Source of the DNA: the human T2T-CHM13v2.0 reference genome, Homo sapiens | Strand: one strand, 5' to 3' | NCBI RefSeq assembly: GCF_009914755.1 | Contig: NC_060939.1 | Length of the DNA stretch: 64,000 nt | Shown: positions 1-13,176 of the stretch, in pieces | Layout: every line of letters begins with the position of its first letter | Position numbering within the stretch: the stretch's first letter is position 1 | The notes under the pieces: model-generated | What the model was told of the DNA's origin: nothing | Database searches by the model: none | Seen by the model: only the letters and a program-made list of their open reading frames with translations | Position numbers and translations under genes: made by a program

Positions 1-1321
1 GAGCCAAGCCATAGATTGAATGGTAAGGTCCAGGTTACTGCACAATGTGTACCTGCCTCCAGGGGTCTATATCTGATAGGAATGAAGTTCCTCCATTTAA
101 TATTTCAGTACAGTATAGTTTAATTTTTAAACTTTTGCAGTAAATAGAATGGTTTTAAGGAGACAGCCATCTTTTCCTTTGCCTATTTTTTGCCAATAGC
201 TTTTAATTTTTTCAGGATAATAGAGCATTACCAAAGAGGCCTGTTTCCCATATTGGATTTTGTTAATGTAGTAGATTATCTCAAACTTCATGTAAAGTCA
301 TTTTCATTAATAAAATAATTAACAAAATCAAATTAACTTTATGCAACATTTCCCCTTTTACTAAGACAGTCTCATTAATTAGAATGTAATGCATTTTCCT
401 GCACTAATCAATATCAATGAGAATTAATGAGTCCATTACTTAAGAAGACAATGAAATAATTTTAGTTAGCACCTCAGGTTTAATTCTCTATGGGGGAATG
501 TTGTCAAGTACAGAACTTGTTCCCCCTCCCACCAGTCTTGCAGTTGGTAAATAAAAAGAGAGGAAAGGTTATAAGACCTCTTCTGTATTCTCTCCTTGTT
601 CTTCATTGATGACTGTGTAATTTACAGACCCTGAAAGCCACAATACAAACCTACTCATTCTAGATAGCCTTAAGTAATGAATTTATGAGTACTGAATGCA
701 GTGCAAATAATAGATGACCTTTAATTTTTATTCTGTCACTAGAACTCCTTTTCTCCCATGGCATTCTGTGATATTCTGGTACACAGAGCATCTTTGCTTA
801 TTGTAAACAACAGGTTTGGCTGAGTGAGAAAGTACAACTAAATTTTTAAGAATATTTAGCTTGTGATACCTAAGAGGTTATTGCAACAGGAAATGATTAG
901 ACTATGCAAAAGAACTTTTGGGTGCACTCAAGAAACTTATTTTTGCACTAGTTAATAATGGTTGTCTGGATTAGGGTGGAATCAGCAGCCCTCACCTTGA
1001 TCTCCTTGAGTGTTTGGAAGGTTTTCTAGGACAGTCTTTTGAACTCTGTCCTATTTAGAGCAACAGATTTCATTGTGCACTTTTGGGTGCTTTGAGTAAT
1101 ACAAAAGATAGGTCCCCACATCTTAAATGAGGGATCCTTAGCCCCTCATTCTGTAGCCAGTAGCTGGAGATAAAACTACTTCCTAAGATGGTTTTAAGCA
1201 TATAGAGGAGAGAACTCTGTCTCTAACAGCCACTCTGCGAGTGGGACACAGCTGTTCTAAGTTGGAACTCCCTGTTGGTGGAAGCGTGCTAGCTGGGAAT
1301 GGAATTCTGTGTGTGCATGTA

Positions 1322-1615
1322 CAGGTTGAGTATCCCTTATCTGAAATGCTTGGGACTAGAAGTGTTTCAGATTTTGGAATATTTACATATACATAAATAT
1401 CCTGGGGATGGGACTCAAGTCTAAACACAAAATTCTTTTATATTTCATATGCTATACACATAGCCCGAGGGTAACATATTATAATATTTTTAATAATATA
1501 TGCGACCCATCATGAGGGAAGATCTGGAATTTTCCACTTGTGGCATCATGTTAGCACTCAAAAAGTTTTGGATTTTGGAGCATTTCAGATTTCGGATTTT
1601 TGAACTAAGGATGCT
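1322..1615. mobile_element. Tigger4b/MER46 (TcMar-Tigger) MITE
   Basis: TA|CAGGTTGAGTATCCCTTATCTGAAATGCTTGGGAC start and ...GGAGCATTTCAGATTTCGGATTTT..GGATGCT end. Confidence 0.75.
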
Positions 1616-2326
1616 GCCTCTCCAGTTGCATACTATAAGAGTATGAGAGAAGGTGAGTTGGAGTTACATGGGAGTTATTGCTCAGAACAGAGCAGGAGAA
1701 GGGAATCAAAGAGGTGAGACTATTTTATTGAAGCATAGGTATGAGAAATGAGGCTTTTTAGAGGATATAGACCTCATGGGAGATAAATTCAGAGAATCAC
1801 CATTAAGAGGAAATTGGAACTTGTACATAAAAGCATAGGCTCAAGTGAGGTGAGACCCTGGAGGACCACAAGCTGAATGCTGTTGGTCTTTTTTTTTTTC
1901 TTTCTTGGCCTTCGATTTTTTTTTCTGAAAGGGGATAAAATCAAATATGAGTGAAGAGGCATATAATATGGGTCTGCAGCATATTTTTGTTGTTTTATTT
2001 GTCGAATAATGTTTTATTCCTTTTTCTAATTTTAAAATTGAATGAATTGAAACTTTAGGCCTGTCCTACTCTATTAAATTAAATTAGCTTTCCCTTTCCC
2101 CAAGCACTCTTTTCATTTGATTTCCATGACCTCACTTTCTCCTATTTCTGTAGCCATTCTTTCTCAGGCTTCTTGGGAGCTTCTCTTCTTCTGCCTGATT
2201 CTTCTTTCTCTTGGTGTTTCTTAAGATTTTGAGTAGGGCCTCTTCTCATGCTGCATAGTAAATCTGTTGATTAAACGAATGGATTGATTAACAGTTTTTG
2301 TTGGATGTGAAACATTGATTTAAAGG

Positions 2327-3585
2327 CTTTTTTTCCCAGCTTTATTGAGGTATAACTGGCAAATGTATACAATGTGATGCTTTGATATACATATATGTTG
2401 TGAAATGACTGCCATAATTAAATTAGTTAACACATCCATCACCTCATAGTTACCTTTCTTTGTATGGTGTTGGTGGTGGTGAGAACATTTAAGAGATATT
2501 TTAGCACATTTCAGGCATACAATACAGTATTATAAGCTGTAGTCACCATGCTGTACATCAGACCCCTAGATCTTACTCATCTTATATCTGAAGTTTGTAC
2601 CCTTTGATCAACATCTCCCCATTTTTCCCACCCCCCCAGCCCGACAACCACCATTCTACTGTTTCTGTGAGTTCAGTTGTTTGGGGGTCCACATATAAGT
2701 GAGATCATACAGTATCTTTCTCTGACTTGTCACACGTAGCATAATTCCTTCAAGGTTCGTCTATGTTGTCACAAACGGCAGGATTTCCTTCTTTGTTATG
2801 GCTAATATTCTATTCTATAGGTATGTGTGTGTGTATACACACATGTGTGTGCACGTGCACACACACACACACATATTTACACCATATTTTCTTTATCTAT
2901 ACTAGACACTTAGGTTGCTCCCATGCCTTGGCTATTGTGAATAATGCTGCAAAGAACATGGGAGTGCAGGTGTCTTTTTGAGGTTATTGATTTCATTTCC
3001 TTGGGTTGTATACCAGGAAGTGGGATTGCTGGATCATATGGTAGTTCTATTTTTAATTTTTTGAGGAACCTCCATACTGTTTCCTAATGACTATGCCAAT
3101 TTACATTCCCACCCAAAGTGCGCAAGGGTTTCCCTTTCTCCATATCCTCACCAGTACTTCTTATCTCTTCCCTTTTTTATGATAGTCATCCCAACAGGTG
3201 TAAGGTGATGATATATCATTGTGGTTTTGCTTTGCATTTATTTCCCTCGTGATTAATGATGTTGAGCACCTTTTTATATACCTTTTGGCCACTCGTGTCT
3301 TCTTTGAAAAAGTGTCTATTCAGATCATTTGCTTATTTTTTAATCAGATTTTTTTTTGCTATTTGTATAAGTTCCTGATAGATTTTGGATATTAACCTCT
3401 TATCAGATATATGTTTGTACATATTCTCTCCTATTCTATAGGTTGCTTTTCATTTTGTTGATTGTTTCCCTTGCTGTGCAAAAGCTTTTTAGTTTGATGT
3501 AGTCCCACTTGTTTTTCTGTGCCCCTTTTGCTTGTACATTTGATGTCAAATCTAAACAATCATTGCTAAGACCAATGTCAAAAGT
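2327..3585 (-). mobile_element. L1M (L1MA/MB) 3' fragment
   Basis: Antisense L1 3'UTR/ORF2 motifs (GGATTGCTGGATCATATGGTAGTTCTATTTTTAATTTTTTGAGGAACCTCCATACTG). Confidence 0.9.
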
Positions 3586-4178
3586 ATTCTTAAATGTTGA
3601 TCATCCTTTATTGCCTAAAGTGCATATATATGTGTCACATATACCAAAAATAAACAGTTATAGTAACTACTGGGAATAACTGGTTAGGAGAGGATGGGTC
3701 ATGGCTTTCAAACAATAAAAAAAAAACAAAACTTTCTATTAGATTTGAAGGAGGAATCTTCAGATAGCCTAGTACCTCCAGTAGAGCTCAGAACCTTACC
3801 TGGTACATTGCCAAACTGGTTTCCACCATCCCATTTGCTCCCATTCAGGTCCTCGTGAATGATGCCAGGAGGTTATTTAACGTCCTCTGTATATCTATAA
3901 AATGGGAATTAAATGATTTGTAAGATTGTTGTGAAGATTATAATTGTTGGTTGGTTAATTTAAATTGAGGATTGTGACTTCTGTCACTTCTCCTAGATGA
4001 CTCAGTAACACCCTCTGCTGGTGTTAAGGTCTTAGGAAAATTAATACATTGGCTTTTTAAAAGGTTACATCCCTTGACATCGTTCATTACTGAGTTCTTT
4101 GGACTGGTTTGTCATATGAAGATATAAGGTGACTGATTAAACCATGTCATTTCATTAAATTTGTGTAAATAAAATTGT

Positions 4179-4250
4179 AATTCTGGGAGGAAATGGGTAC
4201 TCTTCCAGCTTCCGAAATTCTGGGAGGAAATGGGTACTTTTCCAGCTTCC
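4179..4250. repeat. 37-bp-period tandem duplication, 2 copies
   Basis: AATTCTGGGAGGAAATGGGTACTYTTCCAGCTTCC at 4179 and 4216, 1 mismatch. Confidence 0.95.
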
Positions 4251-4794
4251 TCACACTTAGACTTCTAAAGATGGGTCATTGTTATCCAGTTTGGCCAGAA
4301 TAGATGTCATAGTTAATAATCCCATCTGATGAGAATGAAAAAATAAGCACTCAAGATAGTCTGCTCCACTGAATATAATTTAATCTTGAGTGGTTCATAA
4401 GTCAGTTCAGAATCCTGCAGTGTTTCAGGGATGTTGTCCTGAACTTCAGATCCCATTTTACTATAGATGCAGAAAAATGCTAGTTAAGAGAGAGAGTACA
4501 TGTTGACATTTTGCCAGATAAGATGGATTTTTTACTGTATTAGAAGTTTACTTCTGCAATCAGTTTTTCTATTAAGTTACTCAGAGCATTGTTTGATGCA
4601 TAAGTCTATGAGGATGTTCTCATTCTTGATACAACTTTCAGAATTGTCTGTTCCATCCAATGAAGTAATTAAGAGCCTTGGGACAAATATAACCATACTG
4701 CTTGAGTCCAGTGTTGCAAGAGTTAAATGATCAACTCAGCATACTGACACCCTCCAAGTATACACTATCATCAGTTCACATTCCTTTTTCCCTT

Positions 4795-5078
4795 TCTTTT
4801 TTTTTTTAAGAGACAGAGTCTCATTCTGTCACCCAGAACAAGAGTGGTGTGATCATAGCTTACTTCAGCCTTAAACTCCTGGGCTCAAGCAGTCCTCCCA
4901 CGTTGGCCTCCCAAGTACCTAGGACTACACATGCCACTGCACTTGGCTATTGTATTATATTTTTTGTAGAGTTAGGGTCTCGCTTTCTTGCCCAGACTGG
5001 TCTCAAGCTCCTCGCTTCAAGCAGTCCTCCTGCCTTGGCCTCCGAAACTGCTGAGTGTGACCAGTTGTGCCTGGCCCA
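4795..5078 (-). mobile_element. AluJ
   Basis: Diverged antisense Alu dimer. Confidence 0.85.
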
Positions 5079-5224
5079 GTTCACATTTCTGATCTTTGCT
5101 CCTGGTGACACACTAAAGATTTTTTCAAGGATTCTGCAAAGCATAGATCTGCTTCTATGGCTGCATCTAAGAGAACCTTTCTATTGAATATTCTCATAAG
5201 AATACCATCTCCAATATCATTTGT

Positions 5225-6230
5225 TTTTTTCACAGTCTGAACCTGAGTCCGGGAAACCTGGATTCTAGTCCCTGCTCTACAACTAATTAGCTTTTGGCAT
5301 TGGGCAAACCATTTAACCTTGCAAAGCCTACATATCTTCGCCTCTAAAATGGAGATGTAATATAATAATTCCTGCCCTACCAGCTTCAGAAGATTAAGTA
5401 TCAAGTGAGATAATACATGTGAATGCGTTTTGGACATTTAAGCTGTGAAAAGATCAAGATATGAAGATTTCCCTTTAATATTTTAAAATTTGTACTACGT
5501 ATATTTTTGTTGTTCTTATTCTTGCTGCTGCTACTGCTATTTTAATATGCTCAGTTTCTTGGTAGATCTAGATGAGCAGTATTCAAAATGTCATCTTTCT
5601 GGGAATTAGCCATCATTAATACTATAAATATTCAAGAGAAATTTTCTCTTTAATAATTTGTCAAATAAAACAGCTTTAACTTTTTGACCTCTGAAGCCAG
5701 TGGCTTCGGAATAATAACCATCATTTATTACTATATTCCACTCCATTGTCTTTCTTAAAATCCTCACAATTACCCTGCAAAGTAATATTATCTCTATTTA
5801 ACATGTGAAGAAACTGAGGCTCAAAGAGGTGCATCTTGCCAGACTTCTCAAAGCTAGTGGTTGAACAAAAATTCAAATCTGAGGTTTTTAAACTCCAAAG
5901 CCTGAGCTTTACCCTGTCACTCCACCATTCTCTCACTTTTTGTTGTACACATGAGCCCATTGCTTAATTTCCAGAAATTTTATTAGCACTTCTAGCAAGT
6001 ATGTGAAAACAAATCTATCATTTTCAAAATCAAATTAATAATGTGTTGTGGAGCGAGACCAGGCAACCTGGGTTCAAGTCTTGTACCTTGGGCAAGTTAC
6101 TTCTTTGTGTCTCAGTTCCTCATCCATAAAGTAATAGTAATAGCACCTACCCTTGTAATTGTTCAGGGGATTAAATGAATAAATAGGTGTAAAGCCCTTA
6201 GAGCATAGTAAGTACATATTAAATGTTAAA
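5225..6230. mobile_element. Three MIR fragments (~5225-5440, ~5720-5930, ~6055-6230)
   Basis: MIR core motifs (TTGGGCAAGTTACTT, GAAACTGAGGCTC, AAAATGGAGAT). Confidence 0.7.
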
Positions 6231-6682
6231 TAGTTTAAAATTCATGTATAACCATTTTTTCTAGCCTCTTTCTTGCAATATTATGTGCTGAGCCAGGTTT
6301 TGGCTTTTTTTTTTTTTTTTCTGTTTGCAGAATGGGTATAGTAGAATAGTCATTGATTACTGATCAGCTAGTACTAGATTTAGGAAAGGCAGTTTTGATC
6401 AACAATACCTTAGCCATTTGCTCTCAATCCTCTGCTAGAACCTAGACAGGGCAAAAGGTAAGAGCTTTGGCCTGATGCTCACAAGCCATCGTGAACTCAC
6501 CAATTCTGTCATTTGTTTTTGTTTAATTTAATAAAAAATAAAATTACAAATGATCTGATACTAAAAATATGTAAGTGTTAATTTTGTGCGGTCAGGGTTT
6601 TCAAGGATGAATTGCAATTCAATTTCAAATACAAAAGTGCTTTTATTCTAACCAGTCTTTGTTGGTATATTCTCCCCTACAG

Positions 6683-7707
6683 AAACCAGTGAAGGTGTAT
6701 CCTTGCAACTGGGAAACACAAAAGATTTTATTATTTCATTTGACCTCAAGTTCTTGACAAATGGAAGTGTGTCCGTGGTTCTAGAGACCACAGAAAAGAA
6801 TCAGCTCTTCACTATACATTATGTCTCAAATGCTCAGCTAATTGCTTTTAAAGAAAGAGATATATACTATGGCATTGGGCCCAGAACTTCATGGAGCACA
6901 GTTACCAGGGACCTGGTCACTGACCTCAGGAAAGGAGTGGGTCTTTCAAACACAAAAGCTGTCAAGCCAACCAAAATAATGCCCAAGAAGGTGGTTAGGT
7001 TGATTGCAAAAGGTAAGGGATTCCTCGACAACATTACCATCTCTACCACAGCCCACATGGCTGCATTTTTTGCTGCTAGTGATTGGCTAGTAAGGAACCA
7101 GGATGAGAAAGGTGGCTGGCCAATTATGGTGACCCGTAAGTTAGGGGAAGGGTTCAAGTCTTTAGAGCCAGGATGGTATTCTGCCATGGCCCAAGGGCAA
7201 GCCATTTCTACATTAGTCAGGGCCTATCTGTTAACAAAAGACCATATATTCCTCAATTCAGCTTTAAGGGCAACAGCCCCTTATAAGTTTCTATCTGAGC
7301 AGCATGGAGTTAAAGCTGTGTTTATGAATAAACATGACTGGTATGAAGAATATCCAACCACACCTAGCTCTTTTGTTTTAAATGGCTTTATGTATTCTTT
7401 AATTGGGCTGTATGACTTAAAAGAAACTGCAGGGGAAAAACTCGGAAAAGAAGCAAGGTCCTTGTATGAGCGTGGCATGGAATCTCTTAAAGCCATGCTG
7501 CCCTTGTATGACACTGGCTCAGGAACCATCTATGACCTCCGTCACTTCATGCTTGGCATCGCTCCTAACCTGGCTCGCTGGGACTATCATACCACCCACA
7601 TCAATCAGTTGCAGCTACTCAGTACCATTGATGAGTCCCCAATCTTCAAAGAATTTGTCAAGAGGTGGAAAAGCTACCTTAAAGGCAGCAGGGCAAAGCA
7701 CAACTAG
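6683..7707 (+). CDS. GLCE: GLCE last coding exon (C-terminal ~341 aa of D-glucuronyl C5-epimerase, catalytic domain)
   Basis: Acceptor tctcccctacAG|AAACC at 6682/6683 (phase 1); reads [16 protein letters not shown]...WYEEYPT...YDLRH...WDYHTTH...SRAKHN*, TAG at 7705-7707. Numbering to 617 aa puts E499, Y500, Y560 and Y578 in the known active-site motifs. The ORF-track start at 6703 is an internal TTG, not a real start. Confidence 0.98.
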
Positions 7708-10521
7708 AGCTCACAACCAAAACTGCACTTCAGCCTCTGCTGTACACAGAAACTACAGGCTCTGTCTCAGGAGAGCATAGGCACATTTTAAAAGGTTATG
7801 TACTAGGTTTTTGTGGATTCTATCAAAGTGATAAGTGATCCTTAAAACCAGCCTTCTAAAATAATTGCATTCCATGGGTTGGGTATTTAGAAATGTAGGT
7901 GGCATTTAGAACACAATGTTTAATCAATGGGCTGAACAAAGATGCTTCACTTTGCCTTGCCCATCACCCTATACAGTTTCGCAGATAGTCTAGTCACTCT
8001 ATGTGAGAAAGATAATGGTAAGTAGTTGCTACTGGCCAACTGTCTAGCACTTACCTGAAAACTTAGTATGGAGCTCTTTTAAAATGTGATTATTTATATT
8101 TATGTTGAAAGCGGACTTTAAAAAAAATAATGTGCTGTAACACAGTAAATATGTACTTGTAGCCTGGATAGCAGACTGTGTTCAACTTTTTAAAAAGATG
8201 TTTCCTTTCTATAGATTAATTTCTTGGGAGCAAATGAGTATTTGTTGCATTTGTTCAATTTGTTGTATATGGTGAATATTTAATTATGGTTTTCTTGAAA
8301 CGTGTAAATTAAAAACACAATCAGTGTTCAGGCTTCAGTTATATAATGTAAGCACAACTAAAATGAAACTTGTTGACTGCACAAGAAATTACAAAAATGT
8401 TTCTGTTTTGAAACTTGATCTACAATCAGTAAAAGTTTGATAATCAGTATATCCCTTCCCAACCCCCATTGTGACAGTTTCTTTTTGTCACTGTCTAGAA
8501 TTTTGTATTTTATTTCAGACTATACCTTGGAGTTTTGTATATTTTGAGAGAGATATTTTTGGGACATTATTTTGGAAACTTATTACAAATCTAAATTTGG
8601 AAAGGAGCTAGTAGCTTTAAGGCCACCACCATATTTTACTTTTTTAGGATTTTTCCCCCTTTAAATAAAAATATTAGATCAAATACTATATGCAAGAAAT
8701 CATAGCAAAGTTTTTTTTTCCTACCAAGATCATTCTTGATCATCAGCTTCCCAAACTAGTAAGTCTGTGCATCATTGGGTGTTTTTTTTTAATTTAATTT
8801 TAAATTATCCCAGCTATTAGATAGAAGGGATGTTACTGCACTTATGTGTAATCAGATCTTTATTTAGGTATACATATCCTCCTATACCGCACATAAATAG
8901 ATTTCAGAGCCCCCATACAATGGGCAGTGTCTGCTATAGGGCTTCAGGCATTAAATAAAACCGAGGGTTGTTGATTTTGCTGTGACAGTACACTAAATCA
9001 ATACTATATCTTATACAGTTTGAAAATATGATACCCTACACTTTCAGGGGACCGAGTCTGACAAACACAATACATTTATCTGTGACCTATATCAAGTACA
9101 CATTTAGGAGCCAGGTAGGTTACCTGCTTACACACTATATTTTAATTGAATTCAAACTATCAAGCACTACTTAGAAACTGGAAAACATATATATGTTAGC
9201 ATCAAAGGGGGCAGAAGCAAAGAAGATACAGATCTGCACTGAAGACATTAGACTGGCCATAGAAAAGTAAGCTTGAACTCCCAATTGATGTGACCACCTC
9301 TTCTTAATTTTGTTCACAGTAAAAACACTTTTTTGAGTTATTAGGCTTACCCCTAGCTTTTGACCTTTGCATTTCATATATGTTAGATGTCTCAGCAAGA
9401 ATATCTGGTCTCCCCTAATTTTTATTCCCAGTGCCGATGTTCAAAATAAACTTTCTCCAGTCTGGGAACCTTTTTTACTTCCCCATATTTGTTATTATTT
9501 AGAATGGTTCATACGTCTGCTTTGTTTGCATACTGGTCTTCAGATTATGAGACTCGATGATAACAGTATGGTACTGCTTCTGTGACAAATATCGTGCCTT
9601 AACAATGTGGCTGTCCTTTTCCACTGAAGAAGGAAAGACGTTTTGATCTAGAAATAGCGTTGTGATTTCCTTGCTGTTGGTTTTACACTGCCTTCCACAT
9701 TGCAACAGCAAGTTGATTTCTTGTGATCCCAGAATTTTCTAAGAGGATGAGTTGAATCTATAGCAGCATTGTCAGTACAGACCAGTGGTTCTCAAACTTT
9801 AAAATGCCTCAGCATCACTTGGGAGCTTATTGAAATGCAGATCCCAGAGTCAGTAAATCTGCCTGTGAAGTATGATAGTCTGCATTTGTAATGAGCATTC
9901 AAGTGATTCTGATGCAGGTGAGCTGGGGGCATACAGGGAGGAACACTGCCCTGGACTATCCATTGCATTTTTGCCTCTAAACAACTACAGAATTTTCTAG
10001 GGTTTTAAATTATGTAAAATGTTTACTTATTCTGAGCTTAGAGAGAATGGGGAGGGTATTTTTAAATTTTATTGTTTTATTTCTTTAAGTTTTTCTTTGC
10101 TTTAAGATTATAGGTATTAGGTTTGTTTTTGTTTTTCCACTTATCTTGAGTTCACTTTGATGTTAAATCTATTGCTACTTCAGTTGTAAAACCAGCCAAA
10201 AGTTTCTGGATGAAGGTCAAGTTTGACCTTTTAGGAGTTATTGTACATAAAGGCTTCATCCACGAACCATCCAGCGCACAGAAGCAAGTGCAAAAATGAC
10301 ACAAGCACAACTCTCCAGACGTGGCTCCTTCTCCTTTCTCAGTGCAGACTCTCACTGAAAGCTGCTATTTTCATCCTCCTTGTGGTTGCTTTTCTTGTTT
10401 CTCTTCCATTGTACATGTGGGTTATATACCATATGTTAAATATGCAATAAAGTGTTTACAGGATGTCCTTCTGAAGGGTAGTCCTTTGTAAAGCTGTACA
10501 GACTTTGCAGTTTAAGCACAA
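7696..10521 (+). promoter_or_regulatory. GLCE: Four miR-218 8mer seed matches (AAGCACAA) at 7696, 8350, 10303, 10514
   Basis: Exact complement of the miR-218-5p seed UUGUGCUU; GLCE is an established miR-218 target. Confidence 0.8.
9783..9948. mobile_element. MER5-type hAT-Charlie MITE inside the GLCE 3'UTR
   Basis: CAGTGGTTCTCAAACTT start, GTGATTCTGATGCA, ...GAACACTG end. Confidence 0.75.
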
Positions 10522-10644
10522 TGTGCACATGTTAGTTTTATATACAGCAAAACTTGATTTTTTGCAGATGGAAAGGTATTTTGTTTCTATACAAAGTAAA
10601 TGGATTGTTTGTGCTTAATGTAAAGCCGCTTTATAAAACTGTAA

Positions 10645-10650
10645 AATAAA
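10645..10650 (+). terminator. GLCE: Probable distal GLCE polyadenylation signal
   Basis: AATAAA preceded by TGTA (10619, 10640) and followed by U-rich sequence; alternatives at 8308 (ATTAAA), 8664, 8954, 9445, 10446. Confidence 0.75.
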
Positions 10651-11448
10651 GTTTTTTTCTTAAAAAGAATATACCTGGATATTTCTCTTTCTTCTCAAAT
10701 TATTCTAAGGTTATTTGAGCCCAGCAAGCAGATTTCTGACCATTTCCTGTTCAACCCGTGACCAGAAGTCAGGCAACAAATGTTGTTCATCAAAGGCATA
10801 CCAAGCCCTGTCAGACAATGTGTGGGAACAAAGAGTATGCATGGGCTTTAATCCTAAGGACCCTTAGTCTTCAAGGGGGAGCACAATGTATACTAAAAAC
10901 TCGAAGAAAAATAAAATGCTAAATTGTGTACTCAGGGAAGGTGTTAGGGAAGAGACAGAGCCTAAGCTGGTGTTCCAGGGGTGGAGTCCAGGTGGAAGAA
11001 GAGGAGGGAGTAACCTGAGCAAAAACAGGTGTCCGTGCCAGGTGAGAGGATGGCCTTTCCCATGCTCATTCAGACTGGGTAACCATTTTTTATTTAGATT
11101 TATTTGAGAGTTTGTCCCTCATATATTTTCTCTACTTGCCTCTTCAGAACAATTAGCATTATTTAATGTTTACCCCCTTCTCAAAGAATAATGATTTAAC
11201 CTCCCAAACAGACAAAACCAGAGACCAGAGTCTTGCTTCATGTTATGTTTCATTGCACAGTATTTTTTGGATTATAAACATTCTGCACCATTTGTGTAAT
11301 GGAATTACAATTGATCACGAATCAACTTTTTCCAGCTGATGGGTGCACAGATTTTGACAGGCTACTAATCAACATTCTTGGGAGCTTTTCCTTCCCCACC
11401 GTCTTCAGTTGGGAAATGGCCATAAGGTTGCAAGAAGTCTTGGGCTGA

Positions 11449-11499
11449 ATGAGCTCTCCAGCTGCTCTTGCTTTGATTTTGCTGCTTGTAGCCAAACTG
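11449..11499 (+). pseudogene. Candidate pseudo-exon 1 (signal peptide)
   Basis: ATG at 11449 reads MSSPAALALILLLVAKL; followed by TTAATA (possible decayed GT donor). Confidence 0.35.
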
Positions 11500-11911
11500 T
11501 TAATACGTTGGCTGTTCTGCCTTAGCACACTGAGCATCTCATATTCATCTCCCCATTGCCCTTGAGTGGGGTGGGCCCTCCATACTCCAGAGAACTTACT
11601 TGGCAGTCTGATGAGTGCTCCTTCCCTTCATAGCCACAGGCTCTGGCGGCCACTGTATGCCATGTGACCCTGCCTTCTCTGGCCATGACTTAGACGAGGG
11701 GCGAATCCCCCTCACTCAAGCTGGCCGACCAATCAGTCTTTTCCCCAGGAATTCAAAATGGGATGGATTAAAAAACTAAAGCAGAAATACAGTGAAAAGC
11801 GGAGATGAGAAACAGAAGACAATGCTCCAGGCCCTGGATCCAATGCCCTTCTGAGGCCAGCTGTATTCCTCTCAGGTTCCGCGAGGTACCACTGTATCCT
11901 TAGGATAAATT

Positions 11912-12236
<325 letters not shown>

Positions 12237-12385
12237 GGATAAATTCTTAACATTTGCTGAAGTTGGCTGGATTTAGTTTCTGTTACTTGCAACAAATGAG
12301 CCCTAATTAATAATGTATCTCCATTATAGAGGAAAATACGTGTAAATACAGTGTAAATTCTGCATTTTCCTCCAATCTGGACCCT

Positions 12386-12736
12386 GTTGTATTAGCTTGC
12401 TAGAGCTGCTCTAACGAATACCACAGACCGGGTGGCTTACACAAGAAATTTTTTATTCTCACAATTCTGGAGGCTTGAAGTCCAAGATTAAGATGTTGGT
12501 AGGTTTGGTTTCTTCCAAGACCTCTCACCATGTCTTGCAGATGGTGCCTTCTTGCTGTATCCTCAAGGCTGTCTCTCCAACTGTGCTCTCTGTGTCTAGG
12601 GCCCACTCATGTGACCTCATTTTACCTTAATTACCTCTTTGAAGGCCTGTCTCTAAATGCAGTCACGTTCTGAGATGCCGGGGAGTTAGGACTTAACGTG
12701 TGAGTGGTGAGGGGCACACAATTCAGCCAGTAGCAA
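12386..12736. mobile_element. MLT1 (ERVL-MaLR) solo LTR
   Basis: TGTATTAG...TACCACAGACCGGGTGGCTTA...TTCTGGAGGCT...AAGTCCAAGAT...CACAATTCAGCC. Confidence 0.85.
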
Positions 12737-12886
12737 CCACTCAAAGGGTTGCCATTTAATTCGATGATAATCATTGAAGGACAAAACTGAAATCTGTAGG
12801 GAACATTAGTTGGGCAGAAATCTAGACTTGGTACTCAGAATACAGGGCTCCCTGGCTCAGCCATTAGAGCATCAAGAATTTACTCA

Positions 12887-13176
12887 GGCCAGGTCCGGTG
12901 TCTCACGCCTGTAATCCCAGCACTTTGGGAGGCCGAAGTGGGCAGATCACCTGAGGTCAGGAGTTCAAGACCAGCCTGGGCAACACGGCGAAACCCCGTC
13001 TCTACGAAAAATACAAAACTTAGCCAGGCATGGTGGTGCGCACCTATAATCCCAGCTACTCAGGAGGGTGAGCCAGGAGAATCACTTGAACCCTGCAGGG
13101 AGAGGTTGCAGTGAGCTGAGATCATGCCACTGCACTCCAGCCTGGGTGACAGAGTGAGACTCCGTCTCAATAAAAG
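12887..13176 (+). mobile_element. AluS
   Basis: Full length; TSD AAGAATTTACTC at 12874 and 13177. Confidence 0.95.

Larger units (their letters stand above)
1..6682 (+). other. GLCE: GLCE last intron (partial)
   Basis: AT-rich, repeat-containing sequence ending at the 6681-6682 AG; no other GLCE-like coding segment seen. Confidence 0.9.
7708..10670 (+). other. GLCE: GLCE 3'UTR (~3 kb)
   Basis: AU-rich sequence after the stop; AATAAA at 10446-10451 and 10645-10650 with several upstream UGUA motifs; exact end inferred. Confidence 0.85.

Noticed and set aside
6867-7780. Antisense and alternate-frame ORFs over the GLCE exon
   Set aside because: Shadow frames of a real coding exon
10609-10630. 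A miR-218 precursor copy
   Set aside because: Only the first 8 nt match mature miR-218; treated as a pairing arm instead
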